Made by a program: the position numbers and the translations under genes. Shown here piece after piece: positions 48,281 to 58,863 of a DNA stretch of 64,000 bases. Position 1 is the stretch's first letter. Every line of letters starts with the position of its first letter. Below the pieces are notes generated by a model that had not been told where the DNA came from, did no database searches, and saw nothing but the letters and a program-made list of their open reading frames with translations. This DNA is from a virus: IMG/VR virus record IMGVR_UViG_3300010885_081999, positions 39,726 to 103,725 of that record, one strand, 5' to 3'.

Positions 48281-51200
48281 TCACTGTACCTGCGTGAGGT
48301 TGTTGGCAACGACGAAGTCAAGCGAGACGAACTCGATGCTCTTCGTGGGCTGCACGTAGATCTTGCCACGGATCGTGTTGTTGAGGATGTCGTCCTGGGT
48401 CGTCGTCGAGGAGTCGATGATGACCTTGAACCTCTCGAGGCCGCTGAGGGCCTGGATCCTCTGCAGGCGGGGTGTGACCGCCGAGGAGAAGCGTGCGAGG
48501 GTCGCCTCACGGTTGGGCTCGAAGAGGATCGTCTGCGCGATGTCGCGGACCTGACGACGGATGTCGATGAGGAGACGACGCACGTTGACGCGGTCGAGGG
48601 CCGAGGCAGCGAACTGCAGGGTCTTCTGACCCCACACCACGATGCCGCCCTTCGGATTGAGGCCGCCCTTCGCGGCTCCTGGGAACGCCACGATAGGGTT
48701 GATGGAGTTGTCGTACAACTTGTCCATGTCCGTCTGACCCAACCTGACGCGGGGTTCGAGTGCTGCGTCCGGAAGGGCGCCGCGCGTGAAGCCTGCGGGA
48801 GCGAACCAGGGATATCCGACGGAGTCGTTGAGGGCGAGGGCGCCGAGGACGAGGACCGAGGGAGGCACCTGCATGTTGACACCGATCGGATCCCTGTAGA
48901 GGACGTCGGGGAAGTATGCCGCCGCGAACGAGGAGTCGACCGACCTGTTGACGAAGTAGTCGACCGTGTTGATGACGGACGGCAGCTGGCTGTCGGAGAT
49001 GATTGCATCGCCGTTCTCGTCCTGCTGCTCGATGTCCATGATGTAGAGCGCGTCGAACCTCTCCTGCACTGCGAGGGTCGCAGCGTCCGTGACGATGGGC
49101 TCTCTGATGCCGGGGATCGCGAGGATCTGTATGTCGAGGTTGACGACGTTCTTCATGATGTCGAGGGCCTTGAGGTACGTCCTCACGTTGGGTCCCTCCT
49201 CGGGCTTCGAGGCGCGTGCCGCAGCAGGATCCATGTCGTACATCACGGCGTTGTTGTTGATCTCCGTCTCGTTCCTGTCGAAGATGTTGACGCCGTCCTG
49301 TCCGCCCTGCATGATGAGGGTGAACTTGGCGAACTGCTTGTTGGTGGGGATGTCCTCGACCTTGAAGCCGCGGACCTTGTTCTCGTCTCCCTTGCCGTCG
49401 GTCGCAATCTGATCGAGGTTAGTCGATCCGACCGCTCCGTTCCTGACGTACACGGCCTTCGACCACTTCGTGGGGCTCGCGAGGCCGTTGCTGCCAGTGA
49501 CGACCTGGATGTTCTCGAGGGAGAAGAAGTTGTTGCAGAACCTGTCCGCGTCGAGGATGCCGAGGTCGGCCGAGTCGGGCTGTCCTGCGTTGCTTCCCGT
49601 GAGGAACGAGGCATCACTGATCGAGAAGTTGGGGAACGCGAGGGCGAAGGACTTGATCGAGGCGTTGGGAAGTATGCTTCCGTTCTTCCTGATGAGGTTC
49701 TCCGGGTGCTCGAACTGGACGCCCCAGTAGAACTTGGACTCCGTCTGCTCCTTGACCGACCACTCGTCGGCAGACGTGATCTTACGCCTGAACGGCAGCG
49801 GAGGGGTCTGTGCCTTCTTCGCCGTGTCCGTGACCGCGAGGAGGCCGTTGTCGTCGATTCCGAACTCCTGCATGGGAGCAGAGCCGCTCGTGACGAGGTG
49901 GTCGATGCCGCGGAAGCCCATGGGCAGTGCGACGGGATCGACGAATCCGTTCTCGATGTCGGGGTGGACCTCGACGCGGATGTAGTTGGAGCGGTTCTCG
50001 TAGTTGCCCTCCACGACGATCTTCTGTGAGGATTCCTCACGGTCGAAGTCGAAGTAGGCATGGACGTCGCCGATCACCTTCGCGATGTAGCGGTCGGAAG
50101 AAGGATCGAGGTTTACGCCTGCGAAGACCTCGTTGGGGAGGTTCTTCTTGTCGAGGTCCCTGTCGCCGAACTCGCGGAGAGAGACAGTAAAGGAGCCGTA
50201 CTTGTTGAGAGGATCGTTGGAGACCGTGACGTTCTCGACGGACACCTTGAACTTCGAGGAGATGCCTGCGCCGTCGTCGAGCGCGTGGATTCTGAAGAGG
50301 TCCTGCGGCTTTCCGCCGAACTTCTGTGAGACTATCCACGGAGACACTGCGTGGCTGAACCTGTCCTCGAAGGACTCGTAATCGGGAACCGTCGTGCTCG
50401 ACTCGTTGCGTCCGAGGGACGACGTGACGATGAAGGCGCTGGGCTCGAGACCGCCGTTCGAGTCGGCCGAGTAGGCGTCGTCGACGAGGCCCGATCCTGT
50501 GATGACGGCGAGCGTCGGGTGGACGTCCCAGTTCGCGTAGAGGAAGTGTCCTGCCTCCTGGAGCTTATAGGGGTCCGTGTTGAACGACTTCGCGAAGTAG
50601 TTGTTTGCCGTCGGGTCGAACGACGCCGTGAGGACCCTGGGGTACCTCGCGTCGGAGCCGAGGTGACCGTTGAGGAACATCGTGAACTCCTGACGGGGCT
50701 CGTTGTTGTTCTTCAGCACGACCGTTCCCAAGGCAGCGCCCTTCGCGTCTGCGTCCGTTCCCACCGTGGTCGCGGTGGGTGCCTCGCCGCCGTCGGCGAT
50801 GAAGGTCGAGGAGAGACGAAGCACGACGCCAGACGGTGCCATCAGCACGCCTCTGATTATGGGAAGGGCCGCGGCGCCGCCGGAGGCGCCGCCTGGTCCC
50901 TGAAGACCTGCCTCACTGAAGAAGGTGGATCCTGCCGACTCGGACATGAAGCATCCGAGGAAGTAGGTGCGTCCGAGGTCGGGTCCGAGGTAAGTATCGT
51001 CCACACCGCCGCTGAAGTCCGAAGACACGATCTCTGTGATGGAACCCGACGGGAAAGTGAGCGATCCGTTGGGGAGAGCTCCGTTGTCCTGCATCGAGAT
51101 GGTGACCACACCTGCTCCGTTGTTGCCGCCGTTGATCAGCGCACCGAGACCATAGAGTGGTGTGATACCGGCAAAGATCTTGTCTGCGAGCTTCTTTCCT

Positions 51201-51811
51201 GTGGTGACGCCGCCGCCGACCGGGATGGTCGACTGGAAGACGCCGGGCGAGGGATTCGTCACCACCGGAGCGTGGCTTCCCGTCATCGATTCGTCGAGGA
51301 CGAACTTCACGGTCTGGCTCGCAGGGGTGAGGAACGAGAAGTAACGACCGTTCTCTCCACCGCCCGGAGTATACGGCGAGCAGGTGAAGGTAGCTGAGGC
51401 TGCAGCTCCTAGCAACAGATAGGGATCAGGATTCGCGTGTGGATTGTCGGTGAGCACTCCGTTGGTACCGGGCTGACGCTCTCCGACGACGAATCCTGCT
51501 GACGTCACCTTGCCCGTGACAGTATCGCGGGCACGGCCGTCGCCGGCTCCGAGGACGCGGAGATAGGCCACGGAGCGGGCGCTCCGCAGCCACTCTACCA
51601 CGGCCAAGGGGCCGAACTTCTTGCCGTCTGTGGTGCCGAACTTGGAATACCAGTCAGACAGAGTTCCAACAGTGATGGGGACGAATGCGGGGCCCTTGAT
51701 TGAGGTGCCGATGATGCCCGCGGGGATGCCCACGGGCTGCTGCGTGATCGGACCTGAGATGTCGATCTCCCTCGATGTGACGCCTGCGCTACCGAATTTC
51801 AGTTGTGCCAT
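48281..51811 (-). CDS. Tail sheath protein (paralog 2)
   Basis: SAGV..REID, GPAFVP, PWFAPAGF.RG, WGQKTLQ..SALDRVNVRRLL, FEPN. Confidence 0.92.
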   Translation of the reverse strand: MAQLKFGSAGVTSREIDISGPITQQPVGIPAGIIGTSIKGPAFVPITVGTLSDWYSKFGTTDGKKFGPLAVVEWLRSARSVAYLRVLGAGDGRARDTVTGKVTSAGFVVGERQPGTNGVLTDNPHANPDPYLLLGAAASATFTCSPYTPGGGENGRYFSFLTPASQTVKFVLDESMTGSHAPVVTNPSPGVFQSTIPVGGGVTTGKKLADKIFAGITPLYGLGALINGGNNGAGVVTISMQDNGALPNGSLTFPSGSITEIVSSDFSGGVDDTYLGPDLGRTYFLGCFMSESAGSTFFSEAGLQGPGGASGGAAALPIIRGVLMAPSGVVLRLSSTFIADGGEAPTATTVGTDADAKGAALGTVVLKNNNEPRQEFTMFLNGHLGSDARYPRVLTASFDPTANNYFAKSFNTDPYKLQEAGHFLYANWDVHPTLAVITGSGLVDDAYSADSNGGLEPSAFIVTSSLGRNESSTTVPDYESFEDRFSHAVSPWIVSQKFGGKPQDLFRIHALDDGAGISSKFKVSVENVTVSNDPLNKYGSFTVSLREFGDRDLDKKNLPNEVFAGVNLDPSSDRYIAKVIGDVHAYFDFDREESSQKIVVEGNYENRSNYIRVEVHPDIENGFVDPVALPMGFRGIDHLVTSGSAPMQEFGIDDNGLLAVTDTAKKAQTPPLPFRRKITSADEWSVKEQTESKFYWGVQFEHPENLIRKNGSILPNASIKSFALAFPNFSISDASFLTGSNAGQPDSADLGILDADRFCNNFFSLENIQVVTGSNGLASPTKWSKAVYVRNGAVGSTNLDQIATDGKGDENKVRGFKVEDIPTNKQFAKFTLIMQGGQDGVNIFDRNETEINNNAVMYDMDPAAARASKPEEGPNVRTYLKALDIMKNVVNLDIQILAIPGIREPIVTDAATLAVQERFDALYIMDIEQQDENGDAIISDSQLPSVINTVDYFVNRSVDSSFAAAYFPDVLYRDPIGVNMQVPPSVLVLGALALNDSVGYPWFAPAGFTRGALPDAALEPRVRLGQTDMDKLYDNSINPIVAFPGAAKGGLNPKGGIVVWGQKTLQFAASALDRVNVRRLLIDIRRQVRDIAQTILFEPNREATLARFSSAVTPRLQRIQALSGLERFKVIIDSSTTTQDDILNNTIRGKIYVQPTKSIEFVSLDFVVANNLTQVQ

Positions 51812-51856
51812 TTCTCTGCTCCCAATTATTGCTAACTATGCCTTTGAACCTGATTT

Positions 51857-54800
51857 TCAGACGAACTGCACGCCACTATTTGTGATGATGAAGTCGATGG
51901 CGATGTACTCAATAACTCTCGTTGGGACCACGACGATGCGGCCGTTCAACTTGTTGAGGTCGACGTCCTCCTGAGTGTTGTTCGACTCGTTCATGACGAC
52001 CTGGAAGGCCTCGATTCCTGCCTGGGCCTGGATGAGACCGAGCTGGAACGATGCGTCCGCCACGAACTTGTTGCGTACTGCAGGGGTGTTCTGCTCGAAC
52101 ACGATCCTCTGCGCGATTCCGATGATGATACGCTTCACCTCGAGGAGGAGGCGACGCACGTTGACGCGGTCGAGGGCCGACTTGTTGATCTGCAGGGTCT
52201 TCTGACCGTAGATCACGTAGCCGAGTCTCGGGAACGTCGCGATCGGGTTGATGCGTGATTCGTACAGCCTGTCCCTGTCCGAGACGTTGAGTCTCACCGC
52301 GACGTTCGTCACGAAGTCCAGTGCCGCGCGGTTGAAGCCTGCAGGAGCGAACCACGGGTACGACACGCGATCGTTGAATCCGAGGGCGCTCATTGCGGCG
52401 ACTGATGCGGGAACCTTCACCTTGCGGCGATTCGTCGCGTCGTCGATGAAGATCTCGGGGTAGTACACTGCGGCGTAGTTGTTGTCGATCGTGCGACTGT
52501 CGAACTGTGCCGTCGTGTAGTTGACGTTGGGCTTCGCGGTGGAGTCGTCGTACAGACGGTTTCCTTCGTCGTCATAGGACGGGATGTCCATCACGTACAT
52601 CGCGAGGCCGTAGTCCCTCACCTTCTTCATCGTCTGATCGGTGATGTAGGGCTCCTTGATGCCCGGGATTGTGAGGATGTTGTTGTTCGCCTCGAGAGGG
52701 TTCGTCATGATGTCGACCGCCGTGAGGTACGACGCGACGCCGTTGTTGTCGACGTCCTGGCCCGACGGATTTCCGTTGACGGGGAATCCCGGGATGTCGT
52801 TGTTGGACGAAGCTCCGCCGCCCGCGTCGAAGGACACCGACTTGTCGTTGAGGCGGCGCGCGTCCCTGTTGAGGAAGTTGGTGCCATCGAATCCTCCGTA
52901 CATGAAGTTCGTGAACTTCGCGTATGCGGAGAACCTGTTGAACTGCGACGCAGTTCCCGACGAGATGAGGGTGCCGAACGTGAGACGCTTGCGACCGTTC
53001 TCCGACCACGTGTAGTCAGTGGAGTCAAGCTTCGCGTTTCTCACGTATGCTGCCTCTCTCATGTGAGTGTTCACCGAGCTGGTGAGATGAGAGAAGGCAG
53101 TGTTGTAGAAGGCCACCTTCGCGAGGCTGAACTTGTTGTCGTGCAGCTTGTCGGCAGAAGATCCCGTGACGAGGGCATCGAGCTTCTCGATTCCCACGAA
53201 CTTAGTGAGAGACTCGAGGAGCATATTTTTCTCGCTCGTCACGTTGGGGTTGAGGACGTTGTTGGAGTCGGGATCCGAAGAGACGCTGTCTCTCTCGAAC
53301 TTCACACCCCAGTAGAATGCAGGATTCGCCTGTTCGGCAGCACCTGGTTCTCCCACGAATGCGGAGGACTTCGTCTCGCCTCTCGTCGCCTTGAAGCGGT
53401 GAGGTATGGGCGGGAGGAACGATCCGGAGAGGCCGAGACCCGCAGGGGCGGCGACGACGCCGAGGCGGGCGATTCCTGCGTCGAGGACTTCGTCAACTTT
53501 AAGGTTCGGATTGACGTTGAGGACCTCGGGACCGTGGAAGCCGAAGGGAAGCACGTTCGGAGGAACGATTCCGTTCTCGACCGCCTCGTTCATGACGACC
53601 CTGACGTACTTCGAGTTGTTGGGATAGTTGCCCGTGGCCACGAGACGCTTCTCCGAGGGATTGAGCGTGTCGAAGTTGTAGAACAGCTTCCTGTTTCCGA
53701 TCAGCTTCGCGATGTAGTTGCTCGACTTGGGATCGAGGCTGCAGTTGGAGAACTGCTCGATCACCTTCGGGCTCGCGTCGGTGTCGGTCCAGTCACGGAT
53801 CTGAACGTTGAACGTTCCGTACTTGTTCGCGTCGTTGGTGGACGCCTTGATGTTGCTGATAGAGATCTTGTAGAGGCTGTTCGCGTACTCTCCGTCGTCG
53901 ATCGCCTCGAACTTGAAGAGGTCGTATTCAGTCGTGCCGAAGGGCTGCGAGATGAAGAACGACGTCTGCGGCGCCTTGAAGCGGGTGTTGTAGGAACCGT
54001 ACACCTCTCGGAAGAACATACCTGTGTCGCCGTTCACCGCTGTGTTGGAGGATCCGGAGAGTACACCGACCGCCATCGAGGACGAGACGTAAGCGACGTT
54101 GGCGTCGACGGCATAGTCCGCATGGAGGTAGTGCTGCTCCTGATAGAACTTGTCCGGGTCCGTGTTGAGGATCTTGCCGAAGTAGTCCTTGCTTGAGGGA
54201 TCGAGCGACGCGGTGAGCACGCGTACTCCGTCGACGCCGTCGGTCTTGTAGAACGAAGAACCGAGGGACGAAGAGATGATGATCTTGAACTTGCCGTCGC
54301 CGTCGACGACCGTCGTGTCCTTGCGAGCATCATGGCCATACGTGACCTTTGCGGACGACGTCAGGACCATGAGACGTGCAGTGTCAGGAGTCATCACGAG
54401 GCCGCGAACGAGGTTGACGTAATCGGAGCCTCCCACGGTGTCGTTGTCCTCGAAGGAGGGGGCGCCAGTTATTCCCTTGGCAGTCTTGAAGTGGGTGGCA
54501 GCGATGAACTGAACCACGCCTGGGTTCCTCTTGTCGAGGACTCCGGCGTTAGTACCCGAGAGCTTGAAGCCTGCGTTCTTCACGATTCCATAAGTTGTCG
54601 TGGCCGTGAGGTCGACGTCTGAAGAGTTCGCACCTGCACCGAGGACCCTCATGTAGGTCAGGGCCGCGCGGTGCTTCAGGAACTCGTTGACTGCATAGGG
54701 TCCAAACTGCTTCGTGTCGAGGTTGCCGAACGTCTGCACGAAATCATTGAATTTCGCGACAGTGACGGGAACGAAGGCAGGACCCTTGTTGGAAGTACCG

Positions 54801-54901
54801 ATCACAGCCGCTGGGACGCCCACAGGGCCTTGGACTGACGGAGCGGAAAGGTCTATCTCGCGCTCATAGAAGTTGGGCGACTTAAATGTCTGCTCGGGCA
54901 T
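51857..54901 (-). CDS. Tail sheath protein (paralog 1)
   Basis: SP....EIDLS, GPAFVP, PWFAPAGFNR, YGQKTLQ..SALDRVNVRRLL, FEQN. Confidence 0.92.
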   Translation of the reverse strand: MPEQTFKSPNFYEREIDLSAPSVQGPVGVPAAVIGTSNKGPAFVPVTVAKFNDFVQTFGNLDTKQFGPYAVNEFLKHRAALTYMRVLGAGANSSDVDLTATTTYGIVKNAGFKLSGTNAGVLDKRNPGVVQFIAATHFKTAKGITGAPSFEDNDTVGGSDYVNLVRGLVMTPDTARLMVLTSSAKVTYGHDARKDTTVVDGDGKFKIIISSSLGSSFYKTDGVDGVRVLTASLDPSSKDYFGKILNTDPDKFYQEQHYLHADYAVDANVAYVSSSMAVGVLSGSSNTAVNGDTGMFFREVYGSYNTRFKAPQTSFFISQPFGTTEYDLFKFEAIDDGEYANSLYKISISNIKASTNDANKYGTFNVQIRDWTDTDASPKVIEQFSNCSLDPKSSNYIAKLIGNRKLFYNFDTLNPSEKRLVATGNYPNNSKYVRVVMNEAVENGIVPPNVLPFGFHGPEVLNVNPNLKVDEVLDAGIARLGVVAAPAGLGLSGSFLPPIPHRFKATRGETKSSAFVGEPGAAEQANPAFYWGVKFERDSVSSDPDSNNVLNPNVTSEKNMLLESLTKFVGIEKLDALVTGSSADKLHDNKFSLAKVAFYNTAFSHLTSSVNTHMREAAYVRNAKLDSTDYTWSENGRKRLTFGTLISSGTASQFNRFSAYAKFTNFMYGGFDGTNFLNRDARRLNDKSVSFDAGGGASSNNDIPGFPVNGNPSGQDVDNNGVASYLTAVDIMTNPLEANNNILTIPGIKEPYITDQTMKKVRDYGLAMYVMDIPSYDDEGNRLYDDSTAKPNVNYTTAQFDSRTIDNNYAAVYYPEIFIDDATNRRKVKVPASVAAMSALGFNDRVSYPWFAPAGFNRAALDFVTNVAVRLNVSDRDRLYESRINPIATFPRLGYVIYGQKTLQINKSALDRVNVRRLLLEVKRIIIGIAQRIVFEQNTPAVRNKFVADASFQLGLIQAQAGIEAFQVVMNESNNTQEDVDLNKLNGRIVVVPTRVIEYIAIDFIITNSGVQFV

Positions 54902-54973
54902 TATACAATCTCCTTGAATCTGTGATTCTTGGCATAACTATCACGCATAAAGCTAGGAATCACCACTTTGTGG

Positions 54974-56218
54974 TCAGATTTTCGTGAGGTCCTTGACGCG
55001 AATCAGTTCAAGACCTCCCTGCATCGAATACACCGTCTCGCCGCCGGGTGATCGGCTGAGGACCTTGGGTTCGTAGCCTCTCGGAAGTCCTGAGGCTGCA
55101 GGATCTCCGTCGACGTAGCCTTGATAGTTGGGCTGACGTGGGAAGAGACGCTGGGTGCCTGTCTGTCTCTGATCGGCTTGATTGAGCCTCGTGTCGTTGA
55201 TGGGCAGAGTGGGATCGTCTGATCCGACGACGTATTTCGATAGCTTCGTCTCCGACCCTATCTCCACAGGATCGGTCGCAGTCTCGAAGCTGATCACGGG
55301 AGACGAGACGTAGCGCTTGATGGGAATGGGTGTACCGGGAGAAGCAGACGCGAAGAAGTATGCCGGGACGCTGACGCTGAAGGTGTGCTTGATGAACCTC
55401 TCGGCCTGAGACATGTCGTCGAAGTTTGTCTCCACCGCAAAGTTGCCGTCTTCGAGCTTCGCGACGAACCAGTACCCCTTGGGCGTCGTGAGCTTCCACG
55501 ACTGGGCCTGCGGGAGGAGAGAGCTCATTATCTTCTCGATGATCTGGTTGGAGTGCTGTGTGTATTGCGTCCAGATCGTGATCTGGTACTTCGCAGTGAA
55601 GAACTGAGGCGTCGGGACGACGATCGTCTCGAAGACGTTGTTGAGCCTGCGGGGTGTGAGGTACGCTCCGTCCTTCATTTCAGGATTCGTCGAGAGTTCT
55701 CCCAGCGACCGATCCGTCGTCACCTCGCCTGGGACGACGTTCTGTCCCGGGGCCACAGCGAGGTTCTGCTGATTCTGCAGAAGAATCTTGTTAATGAGGG
55801 CCTGATAACCACGGTCAGATTTATCGAGACGTCTCCTGATGACAAACTCGCCTACCTGTTGGTTTATGCCGCGGCCCGTGAAGTCCTCTGATCCTTGGAC
55901 GAGATCCGTCCTCATGATCGTGATGAGTGGCAGGAGGAGCGAGTTGTTCCTGTCGCGGATGGGGCGTCCGTTCTTCAGCAGTGCCCACTTCTCTCCCGCT
56001 GCGAAGACGACGGGCACCTTCGACACAGGAGTCGAGTTCTTGCCTCCGTACTCCGGAACGATCTCCTTGTCGAAGAGCTCGAAGAGGGCGACGTCGACGT
56101 CCTCGACGCCACAAGGCGGAATGCTGAGGTCGGGTACTCCCGTGGAGGTCGCATAGCCTGTCGGCAGCGGACTGATGCCGTAGTTTGTTTTTGATCCTGT
56201 CTTGAATCTAGTCGACAT
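54974..56218 (-). CDS. Tail completion/terminator protein (T4 gp15-like)
   Basis: VPV.FA.GEKW, LPLI.I.R, Y.ITIWT.Y....NQI.E; between neck and sheath genes. Confidence 0.55.
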   Translation of the reverse strand: MSTRFKTGSKTNYGISPLPTGYATSTGVPDLSIPPCGVEDVDVALFELFDKEIVPEYGGKNSTPVSKVPVVFAAGEKWALLKNGRPIRDRNNSLLLPLITIMRTDLVQGSEDFTGRGINQQVGEFVIRRRLDKSDRGYQALINKILLQNQQNLAVAPGQNVVPGEVTTDRSLGELSTNPEMKDGAYLTPRRLNNVFETIVVPTPQFFTAKYQITIWTQYTQHSNQIIEKIMSSLLPQAQSWKLTTPKGYWFVAKLEDGNFAVETNFDDMSQAERFIKHTFSVSVPAYFFASASPGTPIPIKRYVSSPVISFETATDPVEIGSETKLSKYVVGSDDPTLPINDTRLNQADQRQTGTQRLFPRQPNYQGYVDGDPAASGLPRGYEPKVLSRSPGGETVYSMQGGLELIRVKDLTKI

Positions 56219-56226
56219 GTCGTCCC

Positions 56227-56895
56227 TCACTCGTCATAGAAAGCCGAACCCACACCGTCGGGGTCACCCTTCGCAGAAATCTCTTTGGGTCCTGTGAGAG
56301 GCTTGTCGAGGACTCCCGTCTCGACGAGGTCTCTCTTGTCTCCCGTCGGGTCACCATTCTGGTCGAGTGCCTCACCTCGCTGCTGATGGAATTCAGTCTG
56401 CACTGCATCCGCATCGGGTCGTGAAATGTCGGTCGGCCCGATCGTGGGAGCCTTGAAGAGGCCTTCGCGAGCCTTGACACCCACGAGCTTCACACCGTCC
56501 TTATGCTCGGGCAGTCCATAGATGTTCCTCATGAACACCCTCTCGGTGATCTCGTAGAACACGTCGGAGAAGGAGAAGAAGTCTCCTATGTTGACGTTGA
56601 TTCCCTTGTCGACGAGGTCCCGATGTTGGAGGAACACCTCCATCTTGAACTGCGCATCGATTCCGAACTTGTCGATCTTCGTGTCAGTCTGGAAGTTGTT
56701 GTCGACGAGGCCGTCGATCGCGATGGGATTGTCGTACACCTTCTGAAGGGCCTCGTTGTAGACGCCGTGCGTCTGAGTCTTCAGCTCAGAGATGGGATAG
56801 TAGTAGATCTTCTGACCCACTACGTCCTTGATCAGCTCCTTCGTGATGTCAGAGATGAAGTTCAGTTCTCTCGGTGTGATGAATAGACGGGCCAT
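56227..56895 (-). CDS. Neck / head-closure protein (T4 gp14-like)
   Basis: ELI..V.GQ.I.YY, YNEA..K, GDF....FYEI; synteny. Confidence 0.6.
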   Translation of the reverse strand: MARLFITPRELNFISDITKELIKDVVGQKIYYYPISELKTQTHGVYNEALQKVYDNPIAIDGLVDNNFQTDTKIDKFGIDAQFKMEVFLQHRDLVDKGINVNIGDFFSFSDVFYEITERVFMRNIYGLPEHKDGVKLVGVKAREGLFKAPTIGPTDISRPDADAVQTEFHQQRGEALDQNGDPTGDKRDLVETGVLDKPLTGPKEISAKGDPDGVGSAFYDE

Positions 56896-56904
56896 CGGTC
56901 CTCC

Positions 56905-58083
56905 TCAACCTATCACTATGCCCTTGCCGAGAGGCATGGGCACGAATCGAAGCTGCTTGTTGAGCGACTCGGCAGCCAGGGCGTCTGCCTCGAGGAGCTT
57001 CTGGTGCGTCAGCTGCCCCAAGAACTCCTTCATCTGCGTCTGAAGCTTGTCCTTGTCCTCCCTCGCCTGTGAGAGAAGCGCCTCGCCGTTCAGCTGGAGG
57101 TCGGCATTGGGTATCGGTATGGTCTGGAATTTCGACCTGATGAGACCGAGCAGCTCTCTGCTGAGTGCCAAGGTGTACTGCCGTATCCACTGACGACCCG
57201 GCTGATTGATCGTGGCGAAAGGAATGTTGTCGAGGGGAATCGACGCAGGACCCGATATGCCGTAGACCGAATCGTCCTTGTATGCCGAAGGATTGAGTGG
57301 GTCTTGGGGAGGAAGCACCTTGCAGAACAGCTTTCCGACCTGCAGGTCAGTGATGGGTATGGGATAGATCCTCAGCTTGCTGCCTTGTATCTCGTACGAG
57401 TAGTGTGACCTCCTCACGCGGAAGGCCGATTCCAGCATGCCTCTCCTCAGGACGTCCTCGAAGATGGGGAGGACGTAGAAGACGGAGGAGTTGACGTACG
57501 ACTCGTAGTTGAAGTTGGTGGCGAGGAAGTTGGTGATGTTCGACGCGTTGAGGAGGAAGTGCTGTGCCGCGAGAGGTTCCATGTGGAACAGCTCCACGAC
57601 TCTCATCTTTCCCTTCGATCCGGAGGGCAAGTTGTCGAATATCACAGATCCAGAAACTACGTCCTTGAGGTCCTTGTAGAGGTCGTAGTCCTGTTGCCCA
57701 CCGACGAGGTCGAAGTAACCGAACACGGGATTGCTCGATCCTCCCACGAAAGCATTCGTCGCATAGGGCTCAGCCATCCTGAGTAGGTACTCGAGAGACC
57801 GCTGTGAGTACCTGTTGGTGAGGTTCGTGGATCCCGTCGGGAGACCGAGGACGTTAGTGAGCTCCGAGACGATCTTCGTCTCGTGTATGAGACGTGAGTA
57901 CTCGCAGGTCGCCTCTTCGAAGCAGGCCCAGATCTCCTTCTTCGTCAGCTCGACAGAAAGGACGTCGTCGCCGAGCTTGCGCTTGACGTACGTAACCATT
58001 GAGTCCGCCTCAGACTGAAACGCCGAGTCGGCATCGAAGAATCCGAAGGGCGTAGGCCCGATGGTCGAGTTGAAGCTAGTCAT
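56905..58083 (-). CDS. Neck / head-tail adaptor protein (T4 gp13-like)
   Basis: RKLG...VEL, WIRQY.LAL.RE.LG.IRSKF..IP, LNG..L. Confidence 0.7.
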   Translation of the reverse strand: MTSFNSTIGPTPFGFFDADSAFQSEADSMVTYVKRKLGDDVLSVELTKKEIWACFEEATCEYSRLIHETKIVSELTNVLGLPTGSTNLTNRYSQRSLEYLLRMAEPYATNAFVGGSSNPVFGYFDLVGGQQDYDLYKDLKDVVSGSVIFDNLPSGSKGKMRVVELFHMEPLAAQHFLLNASNITNFLATNFNYESYVNSSVFYVLPIFEDVLRRGMLESAFRVRRSHYSYEIQGSKLRIYPIPITDLQVGKLFCKVLPPQDPLNPSAYKDDSVYGISGPASIPLDNIPFATINQPGRQWIRQYTLALSRELLGLIRSKFQTIPIPNADLQLNGEALLSQAREDKDKLQTQMKEFLGQLTHQKLLEADALAAESLNKQLRFVPMPLGKGIVIG

Positions 58084-58136
58084 TCGTCATACCTATCCCG
58101 TGAGATAAGTATGCGTTTAAAGGCGATTCGACAACG

Positions 58137-58340
58137 TCAACCGCCTCGAGCCTTTATCGCCCTCTCCTGACGCTCGGCACCTTTGCGGCTCGAATGAGTT
58201 CCAAGCCGTCTACGCTTTCCCGTCTTGTGGTCCTTCTTCTTCGTGTAGAGACACCAGTCGTCTCCGCATTTCCTGATAATCTCAGTGATGAGTTGCCTCA
58301 ACAGATTCTCTGAGATTGTCTCTTCGTCTCCTCGTTTCAT
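58137..58340 (-). CDS. Small basic hypothetical protein
   Basis: GGAGG RBS; ISENLLRQLITE followed by KCG..WCLY...RLGTH. Confidence 0.6.
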   Translation of the reverse strand: MKRGDEETISENLLRQLITEIIRKCGDDWCLYTKKKDHKTGKRRRLGTHSSRKGAERQERAIKARGG

Positions 58341-58356
58341 CGGAGGCCTCCGAGAC

Positions 58357-58386
58357 AAAAAGAAAGGGTCCCAGCTTGGGGACCCT
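58357..58386 (-). terminator. Intrinsic terminator
   Basis: AGGGTCCC/GGGACCCT stem followed by TTCTTTTT. Confidence 0.7.
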
Positions 58387-58425
58387 GAAGACATGAAAGA
58401 ATCATGTGCCTAAGTATTCAGGACA

Positions 58426-58647
58426 TCACATTCCTGAGATGAGTGCCTGAACGGCAGTCTTAACTCTCTCCTGGAGTTCCTTCGGAAGGGCCGAGAGGAG
58501 GACATAGCTCTCGCCTTTGAGAGCTGCCTGAGGCACTCCGCCGGCAATGCTGTCTTGATTTGACGTGATGACTGCACGAACTACGACAGGCGCAGGGCCG
58601 ATGTGCGATGCGTAGATGGGTTTGAAGAAGTCTGCTCTGTTGTCCAT
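58426..58647 (-). CDS. Hypothetical protein
   Basis: 73-aa ORF abutting the upstream gene. Confidence 0.55.
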   Translation of the reverse strand: MDNRADFFKPIYASHIGPAPVVVRAVITSNQDSIAGGVPQAALKGESYVLLSALPKELQERVKTAVQALISGM

Positions 58648-58648
58648 G

Positions 58649-58834
58649 TCAACCCTTCAGTACCGATCTGCTCTCGATGAGTGTCTCGTTTGCCTTCGCG
58701 AAGTGCTTCTTCAACTCTGAAAGCTTCACCTCGATCGACATGATCTTGACGGGATCATTGGCGAGGCGGGCCTCCAGTAAGTTGCTTTCCAACTTGACGA
58801 TCTCTTCCAATAGAAGCTCTGTAGTCGACGACAT
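58649..58834 (-). CDS. Small coiled-coil hypothetical protein
   Basis: AAGGAG RBS before ATG 58834. Confidence 0.6.
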   Translation of the reverse strand: MSSTTELLLEEIVKLESNLLEARLANDPVKIMSIEVKLSELKKHFAKANETLIESRSVLKG

Positions 58835-58863
58835 TTTTTCTCCTTTGACCGTTACGAGATGAG

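Noticed and set aside
25202-50997. ATACTTA copies at 25202 and 50991
   Set aside because: They lie inside coding sequence and not next to a start, so they were not counted as promoters; 25202 could still drive the actin-like gene.
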